The position numbers and the translations under genes were made by a program. A stretch of DNA of 64,000 bases. It comes from an uncultured Oscillospiraceae bacterium (GTDB taxonomy: Bacteria > Bacillota > Clostridia > Oscillospirales > Oscillospiraceae). The notes below the pieces were generated by a model. It was not told where the DNA came from. It made no database searches and saw only the letters and a program-made list of their open reading frames with translations. How positions within the stretch are numbered: the stretch's first letter is position 1; each line of letters starts with the position of its first letter. The stretch lies in contig CAKTAK010000004.1 of the NCBI GenBank assembly GCA_934527315.1, positions 7,109 to 71,108 on the forward strand. The letters run 5' to 3'. Shown here one piece after another: positions 45,801 through 55,866 of this stretch.

Positions 45801-47204
45801 TTAATCCAAGAAACCTTTATAGTTCCGCATAATCATCTGAGCTTCCAGTGCACGCACGGTTTCCAGAGCCACACTGACCACGATGATGATGGATGTTCCG
45901 CCCAGATACACGCCGGAGTTGGCAGCACTGGTGGAGCAAATGCTAATGATAATCGGCGTAACAGCGATAATGCTCAAATACAGAGCGCCGAACATGGTGA
46001 CCTTGTTCAGGACCTTGTTCAGATATTCGCTGGTGGGCCGGCCCGGACGAATGCCGGGGATAAAGCCGCCGTTGTTCTTCAGATTGTTTGCAACTTCCAC
46101 CGTGTTGAACTGAATGGTGGAGTAGAAATAAGCAAAGAACACAATCAGCAGAAGGTAAATGATTGCATACAGCCAGCTGGAAGTGTTAAACACCTTCAGG
46201 AAGCCGCCCCAGAAACCGCCGCTCTCGGAAGTTACACCGAAGAGCATGCAGATGGTTGCGGGCAGAGATGCAATCGACTGAGCGAAAATGATAGGCATAA
46301 CGCCGGACATATTCACCTTCATGGGCAGGTTGGTGGACTGGCCGCCGTACATTTTCCGTCCGACCACTCTCTTGGAGTACTGAACGGGAATGCGGCGCTC
46401 TGCATCGTTGACAGCAACGATCAGAACAATCAGAGCCAGGGAACCCAGCAGCACCAGGACCAAAGTCCAAGGAGCCAATGCGCTGTCCATTACATTTTGT
46501 GCCTGCGTTGCAGCACTGTCGCCGTAAGCAGCGTAACGCTGGGTCAGAATATCCAGAGTCAACTCGCCGCTGCGGATCTTGAACCAGTTGGACACGTTGG
46601 TGACCATGGTTGCGACAGCAGTGGGGAAACGGGACACAATGCTTGCGAACAGAATCACGGAAATGCCATTGCCAATGCCGAACTCGGTAATCTGCTCACC
46701 CAGCCACATAACCAGTGCGGAACCGGAAGTGAAGGTGAAGATGATCACGATGGCCGGCCAGATGCCGGTTGCATCGGAAGTCAGCATACCGTTGTTCTTA
46801 ATCAGCATGTAGTAAGCAAAGCCCTGCAGCAGACCGATCAGAACGGTTGCATAACGGGTAATGCTTGCGATTTTCTTTCTGCCTTCCTCGCCGCCTTCTT
46901 TGGAGAGTCTCTCCAGAGCAGGAATTGCGATGGTCAGCAGCTGAATAATAATCGATGCGTTGATGTACGGCTGAATGCTCAGAGCGAAAATCGTTGCCTG
47001 AGACATTGCGCTGCCGGACATGACGTTCCACAGTCCGAGGACCGTGTTTTCCATCTGCTGGAAATACTGGGAAAGCAGCGTGGTGTCCACATAGGGGACA
47101 GGCACTGCGTTACCAATGCGGTACAGAAGGAGAATTACGATCGTAAAAAGCATCTTTTTACGGATCTCTTCCACCTTCCAGGCATTCCGCATAGTCTCAA
47201 GCAC
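45801..47204 (-). CDS. secY: Preprotein translocase subunit SecY
   Basis: 467 aa with 10 transmembrane helices. Confidence 0.95.
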   Translation of the reverse strand: MLETMRNAWKVEEIRKKMLFTIVILLLYRIGNAVPVPYVDTTLLSQYFQQMENTVLGLWNVMSGSAMSQATIFALSIQPYINASIIIQLLTIAIPALERLSKEGGEEGRKKIASITRYATVLIGLLQGFAYYMLIKNNGMLTSDATGIWPAIVIIFTFTSGSALVMWLGEQITEFGIGNGISVILFASIVSRFPTAVATMVTNVSNWFKIRSGELTLDILTQRYAAYGDSAATQAQNVMDSALAPWTLVLVLLGSLALIVLIVAVNDAERRIPVQYSKRVVGRKMYGGQSTNLPMKVNMSGVMPIIFAQSIASLPATICMLFGVTSESGGFWGGFLKVFNTSSWLYAIIYLLLIVFFAYFYSTIQFNTVEVANNLKNNGGFIPGIRPGRPTSEYLNKVLNKVTMFGALYLSIIAVTPIIISICSTSAANSGVYLGGTSIIIVVSVALETVRALEAQMIMRNYKGFLD

Positions 47205-47645
47205 TTAGACCACCTCAGCCTTTCCGCCTGCAGCCTCGATCTTTGCTTTTGCGGATTCGGAGAAGGCGGATGCCTTAACAGTCAGTTTCTTGGTTACTTC
47301 GCCGCAGCCCAGGAACTTCACGCCGTATTCGCACTTGGACAGAATGCCAGCGACCAGCAGAGCCTCTGCGTCAACAACTGCGCCGTCCTCGAACTTGTTC
47401 AGAACGGAGATGTTCACTGCTTCCAGGGGCTTAGCAAAGATGTTGTTGAAGCCTCTCTTGGGGATACGACGTGCCAGGGGCATCTGGCCGCCTTCGAAGC
47501 CGACGCGAACGCCGCCGCCGGAACGTGCCTTCTGACCCTTGTGGCCGCGGCCTGCGGTCTTACCGTTGCCGGTAGCGTGGCCTCTGCCTTTTCTCTTTGC
47601 AATACGAGTGGAGCCTTCCACCGGAGAAAGTTCGTTGATATACAT
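47205..47645 (-). CDS. rplO: 50S ribosomal protein L15
   Basis: 146 aa. Confidence 0.9.
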   Translation of the reverse strand: MYINELSPVEGSTRIAKRKGRGHATGNGKTAGRGHKGQKARSGGGVRVGFEGGQMPLARRIPKRGFNNIFAKPLEAVNISVLNKFEDGAVVDAEALLVAGILSKCEYGVKFLGCGEVTKKLTVKASAFSESAKAKIEAAGGKAEVV

Positions 47646-47659
47646 GGTGTTACGCCCTC

Positions 47660-47839
47660 CTTATTCTTCCGTGACCTGCAGGAGATAGCCGATCTTAGCA
47701 ATCTTGCCTCTGGTCTGGGGGTTATCAGGCTGGACGGTCTCGTTGCCGATCTTGTACAGACCCAAGGACTCAGCGGTAGCAATGTGCTTATCCAGTCTTC
47801 CGTTCAGGCTCTTGACGAGCTTAATTCTCAGATTCGCCA
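47660..47839 (-). CDS. rpmD: 50S ribosomal protein L30
   Basis: Hand translation gives [59 protein letters not shown] (59 aa). It is below the ORF-track cutoff. Confidence 0.9.
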
Positions 47840-47852
47840 TGGTAGCCCCTCC

Positions 47853-48446
47853 TTAACCCAGGATTTCTTCAGGAGTCTTACCGCGAACGGCAGCAACCTG
47901 ATTGACGTCACGCAGGCTCTTCAGACCTGCCATGGTAGCGGCAACAACGTTCTGAGGGTTGTTGGTGCGCAGGCACTTGGTACGGATGTCCTTAATGCCG
48001 GCAGCCTCAACCACTGCACGAACAGCGCCGCCGGCGATCACGCCGGTACCGGGAGCAGCGGGCTTCAGCAGCACGCGGCCTGCACCGAACTCGCCGATTA
48101 CTTCGTGAGGAATGGTGGTACCAACCATGGTGATGGTGGTCACATTCTTCTTAGCAGCTTCGATTCCCTTGCGGATAGCTTCGGAAACTTCGCCAGCCTT
48201 ACCCAGGCCGTAACCAACGCGGCCCTTACCGTCGCCCACAACGCACAGTGCGGAGAACTTAGCCACACGGCCGCCCTTAACGGTCTTGGAAACGCGGTTC
48301 AGAGCAACAACGGTTTCAACAAATTCCTGAGCTTCCTCTTCTCTGGGACGACGATCGCGACGATCACGTCTCTCGCCGCGGTCGCGACGATCGGAACGCT
48401 CGGGTCTGTCAGTTTTCACAACATTCTTTTCATTCATATCTGCCAT
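47853..48446 (-). CDS. rpsE: 30S ribosomal protein S5 with an N-terminal Arg/Asp-rich extension of about 35 aa
   Basis: 197 aa. Confidence 0.9.
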   Translation of the reverse strand: MADMNEKNVVKTDRPERSDRRDRGERRDRRDRRPREEEAQEFVETVVALNRVSKTVKGGRVAKFSALCVVGDGKGRVGYGLGKAGEVSEAIRKGIEAAKKNVTTITMVGTTIPHEVIGEFGAGRVLLKPAAPGTGVIAGGAVRAVVEAAGIKDIRTKCLRTNNPQNVVAATMAGLKSLRDVNQVAAVRGKTPEEILG

Positions 48447-48465
48447 TGATTAGGTCCTCCTTCCC

Positions 48466-48825
48466 TTAGAATTTCAGGCCGCCCTCGCGGGCGCCTTCTG
48501 CCAGAGCCTGCACACGGCCATGGTACACGTAACCGCCACGGTCGAACACGACTTCTTCGATGCCTTTAGCGACAGCGCGCTCTGCCAGGGTCTTGCCAAC
48601 CAGGGTTGCACCTTCGCAGTTGCTGCCCTTAGCTGCAAAATCTTTTTCATGGGAAGAAGCGGCGCACAGGGTCACACCAGCGACGTCGTCGATGATCTGT
48701 GCAACAATGTGGTTTTCGCTTCTGTAAACGCTCAGGCGGGGTCTCTCGGAAGTGCCGGAGATCTTGCCGCGGATTCTCTGATGCCGCTTCAGTCTAGCGG
48801 CTTTTGCGTCAGCTCTTTTAATCAT
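48466..48825 (-). CDS. rplR: 50S ribosomal protein L18
   Basis: 119 aa. Confidence 0.95.
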   Translation of the reverse strand: MIKRADAKAARLKRHQRIRGKISGTSERPRLSVYRSENHIVAQIIDDVAGVTLCAASSHEKDFAAKGSNCEGATLVGKTLAERAVAKGIEEVVFDRGGYVYHGRVQALAEGAREGGLKF

Positions 48826-48838
48826 TCAGCACACCTCC

Positions 48839-49378
48839 TTATTTCTTGCCGGACTTACCGACCTTGCGGCGGACCACTTCGTAATCATACTTGATGCCCT
48901 TGCCCTTGTAGGGTTCGGGAGGTCTCTTAGCACGCACTTCAGCAGCAAACTGTCCGACTTTCTGCTTATCAATGCCTTTGACGATCAGGGTGTTTGCGTC
49001 GGGCATCTCCAGCTTGATGTCATCGGTCTCGTCGATGATCACATCATGGGAGAAACCCAGTTTCATAACAACCTGAGTGCCTTTTTTCTCTGCTCTGTAA
49101 CCAACGCCGTTGATCTCCAGTTTCTTCTGGAAACCTTCGGTCACACCCACGACCATGTTGTGGATCAGGGTACGGGTCAGGCCGTGCAGAGATCTTTCCG
49201 TTTTGCTGTCGCCGGAACGTTTGACGTGCAGGACGCCCTCTTCCAGTTCAACAGTGATGCCGTGCGCAATGTCGCGCTCCAGCTGGCCCTTGGGGCCCTT
49301 GACGGTAATGTGGTTGCCGTCAACCTTCACTTCCACGCCTGCGGGCACGGTGATAGGAGCTCTACCAATTCTAGACAT
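48839..49378 (-). CDS. rplF: 50S ribosomal protein L6
   Basis: 179 aa. Confidence 0.95.
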   Translation of the reverse strand: MSRIGRAPITVPAGVEVKVDGNHITVKGPKGQLERDIAHGITVELEEGVLHVKRSGDSKTERSLHGLTRTLIHNMVVGVTEGFQKKLEINGVGYRAEKKGTQVVMKLGFSHDVIIDETDDIKLEMPDANTLIVKGIDKQKVGQFAAEVRAKRPPEPYKGKGIKYDYEVVRRKVGKSGKK

Positions 49379-49393
49379 AATCTCGTACCTCCC

Positions 49394-49792
49394 TTACCAA
49401 ACGAATGCCAGGACTTCGCCGCCAACGTGTGCCTTGCGAGCAGCCTTGTCGGTCATAACGCCCTTGGAAGTAGAAATGATGGCGATGCCCAGTCCCTTCA
49501 GAACCTGAGGCAGTTCGTCAGCGCCGGCGTAAACACGCAGGCCGGGCTTGGAGACTCTGCGGAGTCCCTGAATGGCTTTTACCTTACCGGGAAGGTATTT
49601 CAGAGTGATGCGGATGATACCCTGAGTGCCGTCGTCGATGATCTGGAAGCTCTTGATATAGCCTTCGTCGAGAAGGATCTGAGCAATCGCGGTCTTCATC
49701 TTGGACGCAGGGACATCCACGGTTTCATGCTTAGCGGTACCTGCGTTGCGGATACGAGTAAGCATGTCTGCGATGGGGTCGGTGATCTGCAT
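49394..49792 (-). CDS. rpsH: 30S ribosomal protein S8
   Basis: 132 aa. Confidence 0.95.
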   Translation of the reverse strand: MQITDPIADMLTRIRNAGTAKHETVDVPASKMKTAIAQILLDEGYIKSFQIIDDGTQGIIRITLKYLPGKVKAIQGLRRVSKPGLRVYAGADELPQVLKGLGIAIISTSKGVMTDKAARKAHVGGEVLAFVW

Positions 49793-50013
49793 AATGTTTC
49801 CTCCTATTGTAGAGTTACAGTCCGGATTTTCCGGTCCTGTTCAGGCGGCGAGGTTCCACACTAATGCCTGATTAGCTGCGGCCTTTCGCCATCCTTGCGG
49901 GGATTTTCCCCGACTATAAAAACCGCCGTTCAGCGGGTTTTACCAACGTTTTTCGTCCATTTGCGGCTTGAAAAGCGCACAAAAAAACACGCACATCCGT
50001 GATGTGACAAGTT

Positions 50014-50042
50014 ATTATACTTCCATTTTGAGAATTTGTAAA
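50014..50042 (-). promoter_or_regulatory. Internal consensus-like sigma-A promoter inside the spc operon, upstream of rpsH
   Basis: On the minus strand, TTTACA-N17-TATAAT. Confidence 0.5.
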
Positions 50043-50162
50043 GGAATTTCCGGGCTTGAAAGCTGAAAAAAACGCTTTTTTTGAATTTTCAGCATTTTGA
50101 TTAGTTTTTATACCTTTTGTTCCTTTCCGATGCACAAAAACGTCAACTCAAACAAGTGAAAC

Positions 50163-50208
50163 TATAAAAAAGCCGGCACCGTGACAAGTCACGATGCCGA
50201 GCTGTTCG
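50163..50208 (-). terminator. Intrinsic terminator immediately after rpsZ, within the spc operon
   Basis: On the minus strand, CGGCATCGTGAC-tt-GTCACGGTGCCG (12 bp with one G-U pair) followed by GCTTTTTTAT. Confidence 0.65.
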
Positions 50209-50215
50209 TTTGAAA

Positions 50216-50401
50216 TTACCAGGAAGCTTTCTTCACACCGGGAATCTCGCCCTTGTAGGCCAGTTCACGGAAGCAAATACGGCAGATGCCGTAGTTGCGC
50301 AGGTAAGAATGAGGACGGCCGCAGATCTTGCAGCGGGTGTAAGCGCGAGTGGAGTACTTAGGCTCTCTCTGCTGCTTCACTTTCATAGACTTTTTCGCCA
50401 T
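50216..50401 (-). CDS. rpsZ: 30S ribosomal protein S14 type Z (zinc-binding)
   Basis: 61 aa ..[20 protein letters not shown].. Confidence 0.95.
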   Translation of the reverse strand: MAKKSMKVKQQREPKYSTRAYTRCKICGRPHSYLRNYGICRICFRELAYKGEIPGVKKASW

Positions 50402-50417
50402 GTTTCTCTTACCTCCC

Positions 50418-50963
50418 TTAAGCTTTGGTGATGAACGGAGCGCCGAGCAGAGTCAGCAGTTCTTTTGCTTCCTCATCGGTCTCTGCAGTGGTAATCACAG
50501 CAATGTTCATACCGCGCAGCTTCTCGATTTTATCATACTCGATTTCCGGGAAAATGATCTGTTCCTTCAGGCCCAGGCTGTAGTTGCCGCGGCCGTCGAA
50601 AGCGTCGCCGTTGATGCCGCGGAAGTCGCGAACACGGGGCAGAGCAATGTTGAACAGACGGTCCAGGAACTCCCACATCTTGTCGCCGCGCAGAGTGACC
50701 TTCACGCCAACCTTCATGCCCTCGCGGAGCTTGAAGTTAGCAACGGACTTCTTAGCAACGGTGGCAACAGCCTTCTGGCCGGTGATTGCAGTGATATCTT
50801 TAATCACAGCGTCCAGAGCTTTTGCGTTATCCTTGCAGTCGCCGCAGCCGACAGACACAACGATTTTCTCCAGTTTGGGAATCTGCATCACAGATTTGTA
50901 CTGGAACTTCTGCATGAGAGCGGGAGCAATTTCTTCCTGATACTTAGTTTTCAATGTAGGCAT
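50418..50963 (-). CDS. rplE: 50S ribosomal protein L5
   Basis: 181 aa from [14 protein letters not shown].. with an AAAGGGG ribosome-binding site. Confidence 0.95.
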   Translation of the reverse strand: MPTLKTKYQEEIAPALMQKFQYKSVMQIPKLEKIVVSVGCGDCKDNAKALDAVIKDITAITGQKAVATVAKKSVANFKLREGMKVGVKVTLRGDKMWEFLDRLFNIALPRVRDFRGINGDAFDGRGNYSLGLKEQIIFPEIEYDKIEKLRGMNIAVITTAETDEEAKELLTLLGAPFITKA

Positions 50964-50980
50964 GTCACTGTTCCCCTTTC

Positions 50981-51289
50981 TTACAGATTTGCGCCGCACT
51001 TTTTGCAGACGCGAGATTTCTTGCCATCAGCACCGAACTTATGGCCTACGCGGGTAGCCTTGCCGCACTTGGGGCAGACAACCTGCACTTTGGATGCGTA
51101 GATCGGGGTCTCGATCTTCACGATGCCGCCTTCTTCACCCTGTCTTCTGGGAGCCTGGTGTTTGGTTGCAACGTTTACGCCTTCCACAACGACCTTAGCA
51201 TTCTTCACGTCAGCGCGAAGGACTTTGCCGGTCTTGCCCTTGTCCTTACCGGACAGGACGATTACATTATCGCCAGTTTTGATCTTCAT
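50981..51289 (-). CDS. rplX: 50S ribosomal protein L24 with a C-terminal CxxC-N19-CxxC zinc ribbon
   Basis: 102 aa. KOW motif, then ..[33 protein letters not shown]. Confidence 0.9.
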   Translation of the reverse strand: MKIKTGDNVIVLSGKDKGKTGKVLRADVKNAKVVVEGVNVATKHQAPRRQGEEGGIVKIETPIYASKVQVVCPKCGKATRVGHKFGADGKKSRVCKKCGANL

Positions 51290-51304
51290 TCTCTTCGTGC
51301 CTCC

Positions 51305-51673
51305 TTAAATGACTTCCGGAGCCAGAGACAGGATCTTCATGTAATCCTTATCACGCAGCTCACGTGCAACGGGCCCAAAGATACGAGTACCAACAGGGTT
51401 GTGGTCCTCTTTAATCAGAACGGCAGCGTTCTCGTCGAAACGCACATAGGTGCCATCAGCACGACGGACAGCCTTGGTGGTACGGACCACAACGGCCTTA
51501 ACCACGTCGCCTTTTTTCACGTTGCTGGCAGGTGCGCACTTACGAACGGAGGCAACGATCACGTCACCAACAGATGCGTATTTACGCTTGGAGCCGCCCA
51601 GCACGCGGATGCACTTGATCTCTTTGGCGCCGGTATTATCAGCGACCTTCAGATAGCTTTCTTCCTGAATCAT
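51305..51673 (-). CDS. rplN: 50S ribosomal protein L14
   Basis: 122 aa. Confidence 0.95.
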   Translation of the reverse strand: MIQEESYLKVADNTGAKEIKCIRVLGGSKRKYASVGDVIVASVRKCAPASNVKKGDVVKAVVVRTTKAVRRADGTYVRFDENAAVLIKEDHNPVGTRIFGPVARELRDKDYMKILSLAPEVI

Positions 51674-51687
51674 GTTGTGCCGCCTCC

Positions 51688-51951
51688 TTACTTAGCCTTC
51701 TCAACGATTTCAACCACGCGCCATCTCTTGTCCTTGGACAGGGGGCGGGTTTCCATCACTCTAACAATGTCACCAACACCGCACTCGTTGTTCTCGTCGT
51801 GTGCTTTGAGGCGGTAGGTTCTTCCAATGATCTTCTTATATTTCTTGTGTGCAACACGGTCTTCCACGATGACAACGACGGTTTTGTCCATCTTGTCGGA
51901 GACGACCTTGCCCACACGAACCTTACGAGAGGTTTCTCTAACTTCGCTCAT
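51688..51951 (-). CDS. rpsQ: 30S ribosomal protein S17
   Basis: 87 aa. Confidence 0.95.
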   Translation of the reverse strand: MSEVRETSRKVRVGKVVSDKMDKTVVVIVEDRVAHKKYKKIIGRTYRLKAHDENNECGVGDIVRVMETRPLSKDKRWRVVEIVEKAK

Positions 51952-51964
51952 TTACCTTTCCTCC

Positions 51965-52159
51965 TCACTGCTCGAGTTCTTTTTCACGGATGACTGTCTT
52001 GACTCGGGCAATATCACGACGCACAGCAGTGATCTTCGTGGGGTTGTCAAGATGGTTAGTGGCCAGCTGCATACGGAGCATGAACAGATCCCGCTTGAGT
52101 TCCACGAGTTTCTTATCAAGCTGATCAACGGACATAGAACGGATTTCACTTGCCTTCAT
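51965..52159 (-). CDS. rpmC: 50S ribosomal protein L29
   Basis: 64 aa from [18 protein letters not shown].. with an AAGGTGGTG ribosome-binding site. The ORF-track N-terminal extension overlaps rplP and is rejected. Confidence 0.9.
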   Translation of the reverse strand: MKASEIRSMSVDQLDKKLVELKRDLFMLRMQLATNHLDNPTKITAVRRDIARVKTVIREKELEQ

Positions 52160-52160
52160 C

Positions 52161-52589
52161 TTATTCACCACCTTCGAACTCTTCGCCCTTCTTGACGATC
52201 TTCGTCTTGCAGGGGAGCTTGTGGCTTGCCAGACGCATTGCCTCACGTGCCACTTCATCAGATACACCGGCGATTTCGAACAGAACTCTGCCGGGCTTTA
52301 CCACTGCAACCCAGTACTCGGGAGAACCTTTACCGGAACCCATACGAGTTTCTGCAGGCTTTGCAGTTACGGGCTTGTCAGGGAAAATCTTGATCCAGAC
52401 CTTACCGCCACGCTTGGTGTAACGGGTCATAGCAATACGAGCTGCTTCGATCTGGTTGGAGGTGATCCAGCAGGGCTCAGTAGCCATCAGGCCGTAGTCA
52501 CCATAAGCAACGAAGTTGCCGCGAGTAGCCTTACCGGTCATACGACCGCGATGCACTCTGCGGTACTTCACTCTTTTCGGCATCAACAT
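52161..52589 (-). CDS. rplP: 50S ribosomal protein L16
   Basis: 142 aa. Confidence 0.95.
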   Translation of the reverse strand: MLMPKRVKYRRVHRGRMTGKATRGNFVAYGDYGLMATEPCWITSNQIEAARIAMTRYTKRGGKVWIKIFPDKPVTAKPAETRMGSGKGSPEYWVAVVKPGRVLFEIAGVSDEVAREAMRLASHKLPCKTKIVKKGEEFEGGE

Positions 52590-53422
52590 TATGCGTTACC
52601 TCCTTCTTTGGGAGCAGACTGACGGGGAGGTCTCTGACCATCGCGGTTGTAGCCACCCTGTCTACGGTCACGGTTGTAGCCGCCGCGATCGCCGCCTCTG
52701 CGGTCATTGCGGCGTCCGCCTCTACGGTCGTCACGACGTTTCTCTTCGCCGGCCTTGTTCAGGTCCATGGTCCGAGGAGTGGTGCGCAGGGTCTGGCTCA
52801 GGACTTCGCCTTTGTAGATCCAAACCTTAACGCCCAGACGGCCATAAGTGGTAGCAGCCTCTGCGAAACCGTAGTCGATATCTGCACGGAGGGTCTGCAG
52901 GGGGATAGTGCCTTCGTGATAGCACTCGCTGCGAGCGATTTCGGCGCCGCCGATACGGCCGGCAACCATAACCTTAATGCCCAGAGCGCCCATTCTCATA
53001 GCGCGGCCCATTGCGTTCTTCATTGCGCGGCGGTAGGAGATACGTTTCTCCAGCTGCTGTGCAATGCTCTCAGCAACCAGCTGTGCATTGGTGTCGGGAG
53101 TGCGAACCTCGATGATGGAAATTTTGACCTTCTTGCCGATCATCTTTTCCACTTCGCCCTCCAGGCGCTGAATCTCAGCACCGCCCTTGCCGATGACAAC
53201 ACCGGGTCTGGAGCAGTGGATGAAAATGCGAACGCCGTTGGAGTCACGCTCGATCTCGATTTTGGGAACGCCTGCGGAATACAGGGTCTTCTTCAGGAAT
53301 TTCCGGATGTTGTAGTCTTCGACCAGCAGATCGCCGACTTTGTCTTCTCTAGCGTACCATCTGGAGTCCCAGTCTTTGATGACGCCCACGCGCATGCCGT
53401 GGGGATTAACTTTCTGTCCCAT
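52589..53422 (-). CDS. rpsC: 30S ribosomal protein S3 with an RGG/RD-rich C-terminal tail of about 55 aa
   Basis: 277 aa. Tail: ..[41 protein letters not shown].. Confidence 0.9.
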   Translation of the reverse strand: MGQKVNPHGMRVGVIKDWDSRWYAREDKVGDLLVEDYNIRKFLKKTLYSAGVPKIEIERDSNGVRIFIHCSRPGVVIGKGGAEIQRLEGEVEKMIGKKVKISIIEVRTPDTNAQLVAESIAQQLEKRISYRRAMKNAMGRAMRMGALGIKVMVAGRIGGAEIARSECYHEGTIPLQTLRADIDYGFAEAATTYGRLGVKVWIYKGEVLSQTLRTTPRTMDLNKAGEEKRRDDRRGGRRNDRRGGDRGGYNRDRRQGGYNRDGQRPPRQSAPKEGGNA

Positions 53423-53437
53423 ATTCAGCCTCCTCCC

Positions 53438-53773
53438 TTAAGCTTTCTCAGCCACGACGATGGTGATGTGGCTGGTTCTCTTGTTAACGCGATGCACACC
53501 TGCGCGAGACACGAACCGCATTCTCTTCAGAATGGGGCCGGGGGTCACGTAAGCTTCCTTAACGTACAGCTTATCGGGGTCCATCTCGAAGTTGTTTTCT
53601 GCATTGGCGCAAGCGCTCTTCAGCAGCTTGGTCATCAGTTCGCAAGCAGCTTTGGGAGTGTTCTCCATCACTGCCATTGCGTATTTGGTATCTTTACCGC
53701 GGATCAGATCGCAAACGATCTCCACTTTCCGGGGAGAGATACGCGCAAATTTCAGGATTGCTTTTGCTTCCAT
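53438..53773 (-). CDS. rplV: 50S ribosomal protein L22
   Basis: 111 aa. Confidence 0.95.
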   Translation of the reverse strand: MEAKAILKFARISPRKVEIVCDLIRGKDTKYAMAVMENTPKAACELMTKLLKSACANAENNFEMDPDKLYVKEAYVTPGPILKRMRFVSRAGVHRVNKRTSHITIVVAEKA

Positions 53774-53787
53774 ATTCTCTCCTCCTC

Positions 53788-54060
53788 TTACTTACCGGTC
53801 TTGCTTCCGGCGTGGCCGCGGAAGGTACGGGTGGGGGCGAACTCGCCCAGCTTGTGACCGACCATATCCTCGGTGACATACACGGGAACATGACGACGAC
53901 CGTCATGCACAGCGATGGTGTGTCCAACGAAGGAGGGGAAAATGGTGGAAGAACGGCTCCAGGTTTTCAGAACTTTCTTCTCGCCTGCCTGATTCATTTC
54001 ATCGACTCTCTTAAGCAGCTCGGGAGCAGCGTAAGGGCCTTTTTTGATACTTCTGCTCAT
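53788..54060 (-). CDS. rpsS: 30S ribosomal protein S19
   Basis: 90 aa. Confidence 0.95.
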   Translation of the reverse strand: MSRSIKKGPYAAPELLKRVDEMNQAGEKKVLKTWSRSSTIFPSFVGHTIAVHDGRRHVPVYVTEDMVGHKLGEFAPTRTFRGHAGSKTGK

Positions 54061-54074
54061 TTAAGATTCCCTCC

Positions 54075-54911
54075 TCACTTCGTATTCCGACGCTTGACAA
54101 TGAACTTGTCAGTCGGATTCTTGGTCTTACGGGTCTTGTAACCCAGTGCGGGTTTACCCCAGGGGGTCACAGGGCCGGGACGACCAACAGGGCTCTTGCC
54201 TTCGCCGCCGCCGTGGGGGTGGTCATTGGGGTTCATGACGGAGCCACGAACCGTGGGACGGACGCCCATGTGACGTTTACGACCGGCCTTACCGATGTGG
54301 ATGTTAGCGTGATCAGCGTTGCCGACCTGACCGATGGTAGCCATGCAGTTCAGGCGGACCTTGCGGAACTCGCCGGAGGGCAGACGAACGGTAGCCATAC
54401 CATTCTCTTTTGCCATCAGCTGAGCTGCCACACCAGCGGAACGAACCAGCTGGCCGCCCTTGCCGGGATACAGCTCAATGTTGTGAATCACAGTACCGAC
54501 AGGAATGTTCTGCAGGGGCAGAGCGTTGCCGGGCTTGATATCAGCTTCGGTGGATGCCAGGACTTTATCGCCCACAGCCAGACCCACAGGAGCCAGGATA
54601 TATCTCTTCTCGCCGTCAGCGTACTCGATCAGAGCGATGAAAGCGGAGCGGTTGGGGTCGTACTCCAGACGAGCAACGGTACCTTCCACATCCAGCTTGT
54701 TGCGCTTGAAGTCGATGATACGGTATTTCTGACGGTTGCCGCCGCCGTGATGACGAACGGTGATGCGGCCGTAGCTGTTACGACCAGCGTGCTTTTTCTG
54801 GACTTCTACCAGGCTCTTTTCGGGCTTCGCGTGCTTATCAACACCCTCGAAACCAGAAACGGACATATGTCTTCTGGACGGAGTCGTCGGTCTGAATGTT
54901 TTAATAGCCAT
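54075..54911 (-). CDS. rplB: 50S ribosomal protein L2
   Basis: 278 aa. Confidence 0.95.
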   Translation of the reverse strand: MAIKTFRPTTPSRRHMSVSGFEGVDKHAKPEKSLVEVQKKHAGRNSYGRITVRHHGGGNRQKYRIIDFKRNKLDVEGTVARLEYDPNRSAFIALIEYADGEKRYILAPVGLAVGDKVLASTEADIKPGNALPLQNIPVGTVIHNIELYPGKGGQLVRSAGVAAQLMAKENGMATVRLPSGEFRKVRLNCMATIGQVGNADHANIHIGKAGRKRHMGVRPTVRGSVMNPNDHPHGGGEGKSPVGRPGPVTPWGKPALGYKTRKTKNPTDKFIVKRRNTK

Positions 54912-54924
54912 TTACGTTTCCTCC

Positions 54925-55224
54925 TTAGACCATGTCCTGGAACAGCTCAATGTCCTTGGATGCGGCGCTGAGCTTGACAACTGCCTTTTTCCAGGTCTTC
55001 TGATAGCCGGCAGGCTGCATGCCCTGGCGTTTCTTCTTACCGTGGACAGTAGCGGTGGTCACGTTGATGACAGTCACGCCGAAGATCTCTTCGATGGCCT
55101 GTTTAATTTCCACTTTGTTTGCGTCCTTAGCGACCTCGAAAGCGTACTTTTTAATGTCAAGGTCTTCCATGGACTGCTCAGTGATGATAGGACGAATGAT
55201 AACGTCGTAAGCAGTTCTTGCCAT
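54925..55224 (-). CDS. rplW: 50S ribosomal protein L23
   Basis: 99 aa. Confidence 0.95.
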   Translation of the reverse strand: MARTAYDVIIRPIITEQSMEDLDIKKYAFEVAKDANKVEIKQAIEEIFGVTVINVTTATVHGKKKRQGMQPAGYQKTWKKAVVKLSAASKDIELFQDMV

Positions 55225-55847
55225 TATGCGTACACCTCCTCGATTTTTGCGATAGCGGCCTTATCAACGACCAGCTTGCGGGTGTTCAGGATTTCGTAAG
55301 TGCTGAGGATACCTGCGGTAGTAGCGGTCACGCCGGGGATGTTCCGTGCGGACTTCAGAACCTTCTCATCAACACCTTCGGTAATCACCATAGCCTTGGA
55401 CTCAACGCCAACGCTGCTCAGGAAGGACTTGAAAGCCTTGGTCTTGATCTCGCTGACCTGCAGGCCGTCGATGACAATGATGTCGCCGGACAGAGCCTTA
55501 TCGGACAGAGCGGACTTCAGAGCCAGTCTCTTTTCCTTCTTGTTCAGGCTGTAGCTGTAATCGCGGGGCTTCGGAGCGAAAACTACGCCGCCGTGGGTGA
55601 ACTGAGGAGCACGGGTGCTGCCAGCTCTTGCGCGGCCGGTGCCTTTCTGCTTCCAGGGCTTTTTACCGCCGCCGCTGACTTCAGCGCGGGTGAGGGCGCT
55701 CTGGGTGCCCTGTCTCTGGTTAGCCAGATAGTTTTTGACTGCTGCATGCAGAACAGCCTTATTGGGCTCAACGCCGAAGACGGCTTCGGAGAGCTCAATG
55801 GTACCGACTTTCTCGCCGGCCATGTTAAATACGTTTGCGGTAGGCAT
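55224..55847 (-). CDS. rplD: 50S ribosomal protein L4
   Basis: 207 aa. Confidence 0.95.
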   Translation of the reverse strand: MPTANVFNMAGEKVGTIELSEAVFGVEPNKAVLHAAVKNYLANQRQGTQSALTRAEVSGGGKKPWKQKGTGRARAGSTRAPQFTHGGVVFAPKPRDYSYSLNKKEKRLALKSALSDKALSGDIIVIDGLQVSEIKTKAFKSFLSSVGVESKAMVITEGVDEKVLKSARNIPGVTATTAGILSTYEILNTRKLVVDKAAIAKIEEVYA

Positions 55848-55866
55848 TTACGACTCTCTCCTTTCC

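Noticed and set aside
44379-48449. 1356-aa plus-strand ORF, and many other long plus-strand ORFs between 41.4 and 57.0 kb
   Set aside because: They are antisense to the conserved ribosomal-protein, secY, adk and map genes. Low-complexity translations, and no ribosome-binding sites.
49914-50135. 73-aa minus-strand ORF inside the rpsZ-rpsH spacer
   Set aside because: Low-complexity Lys/Asn-rich translation. It overlaps the predicted promoter, and there is no ribosome-binding site. The spacer is better explained as regulatory non-coding DNA.
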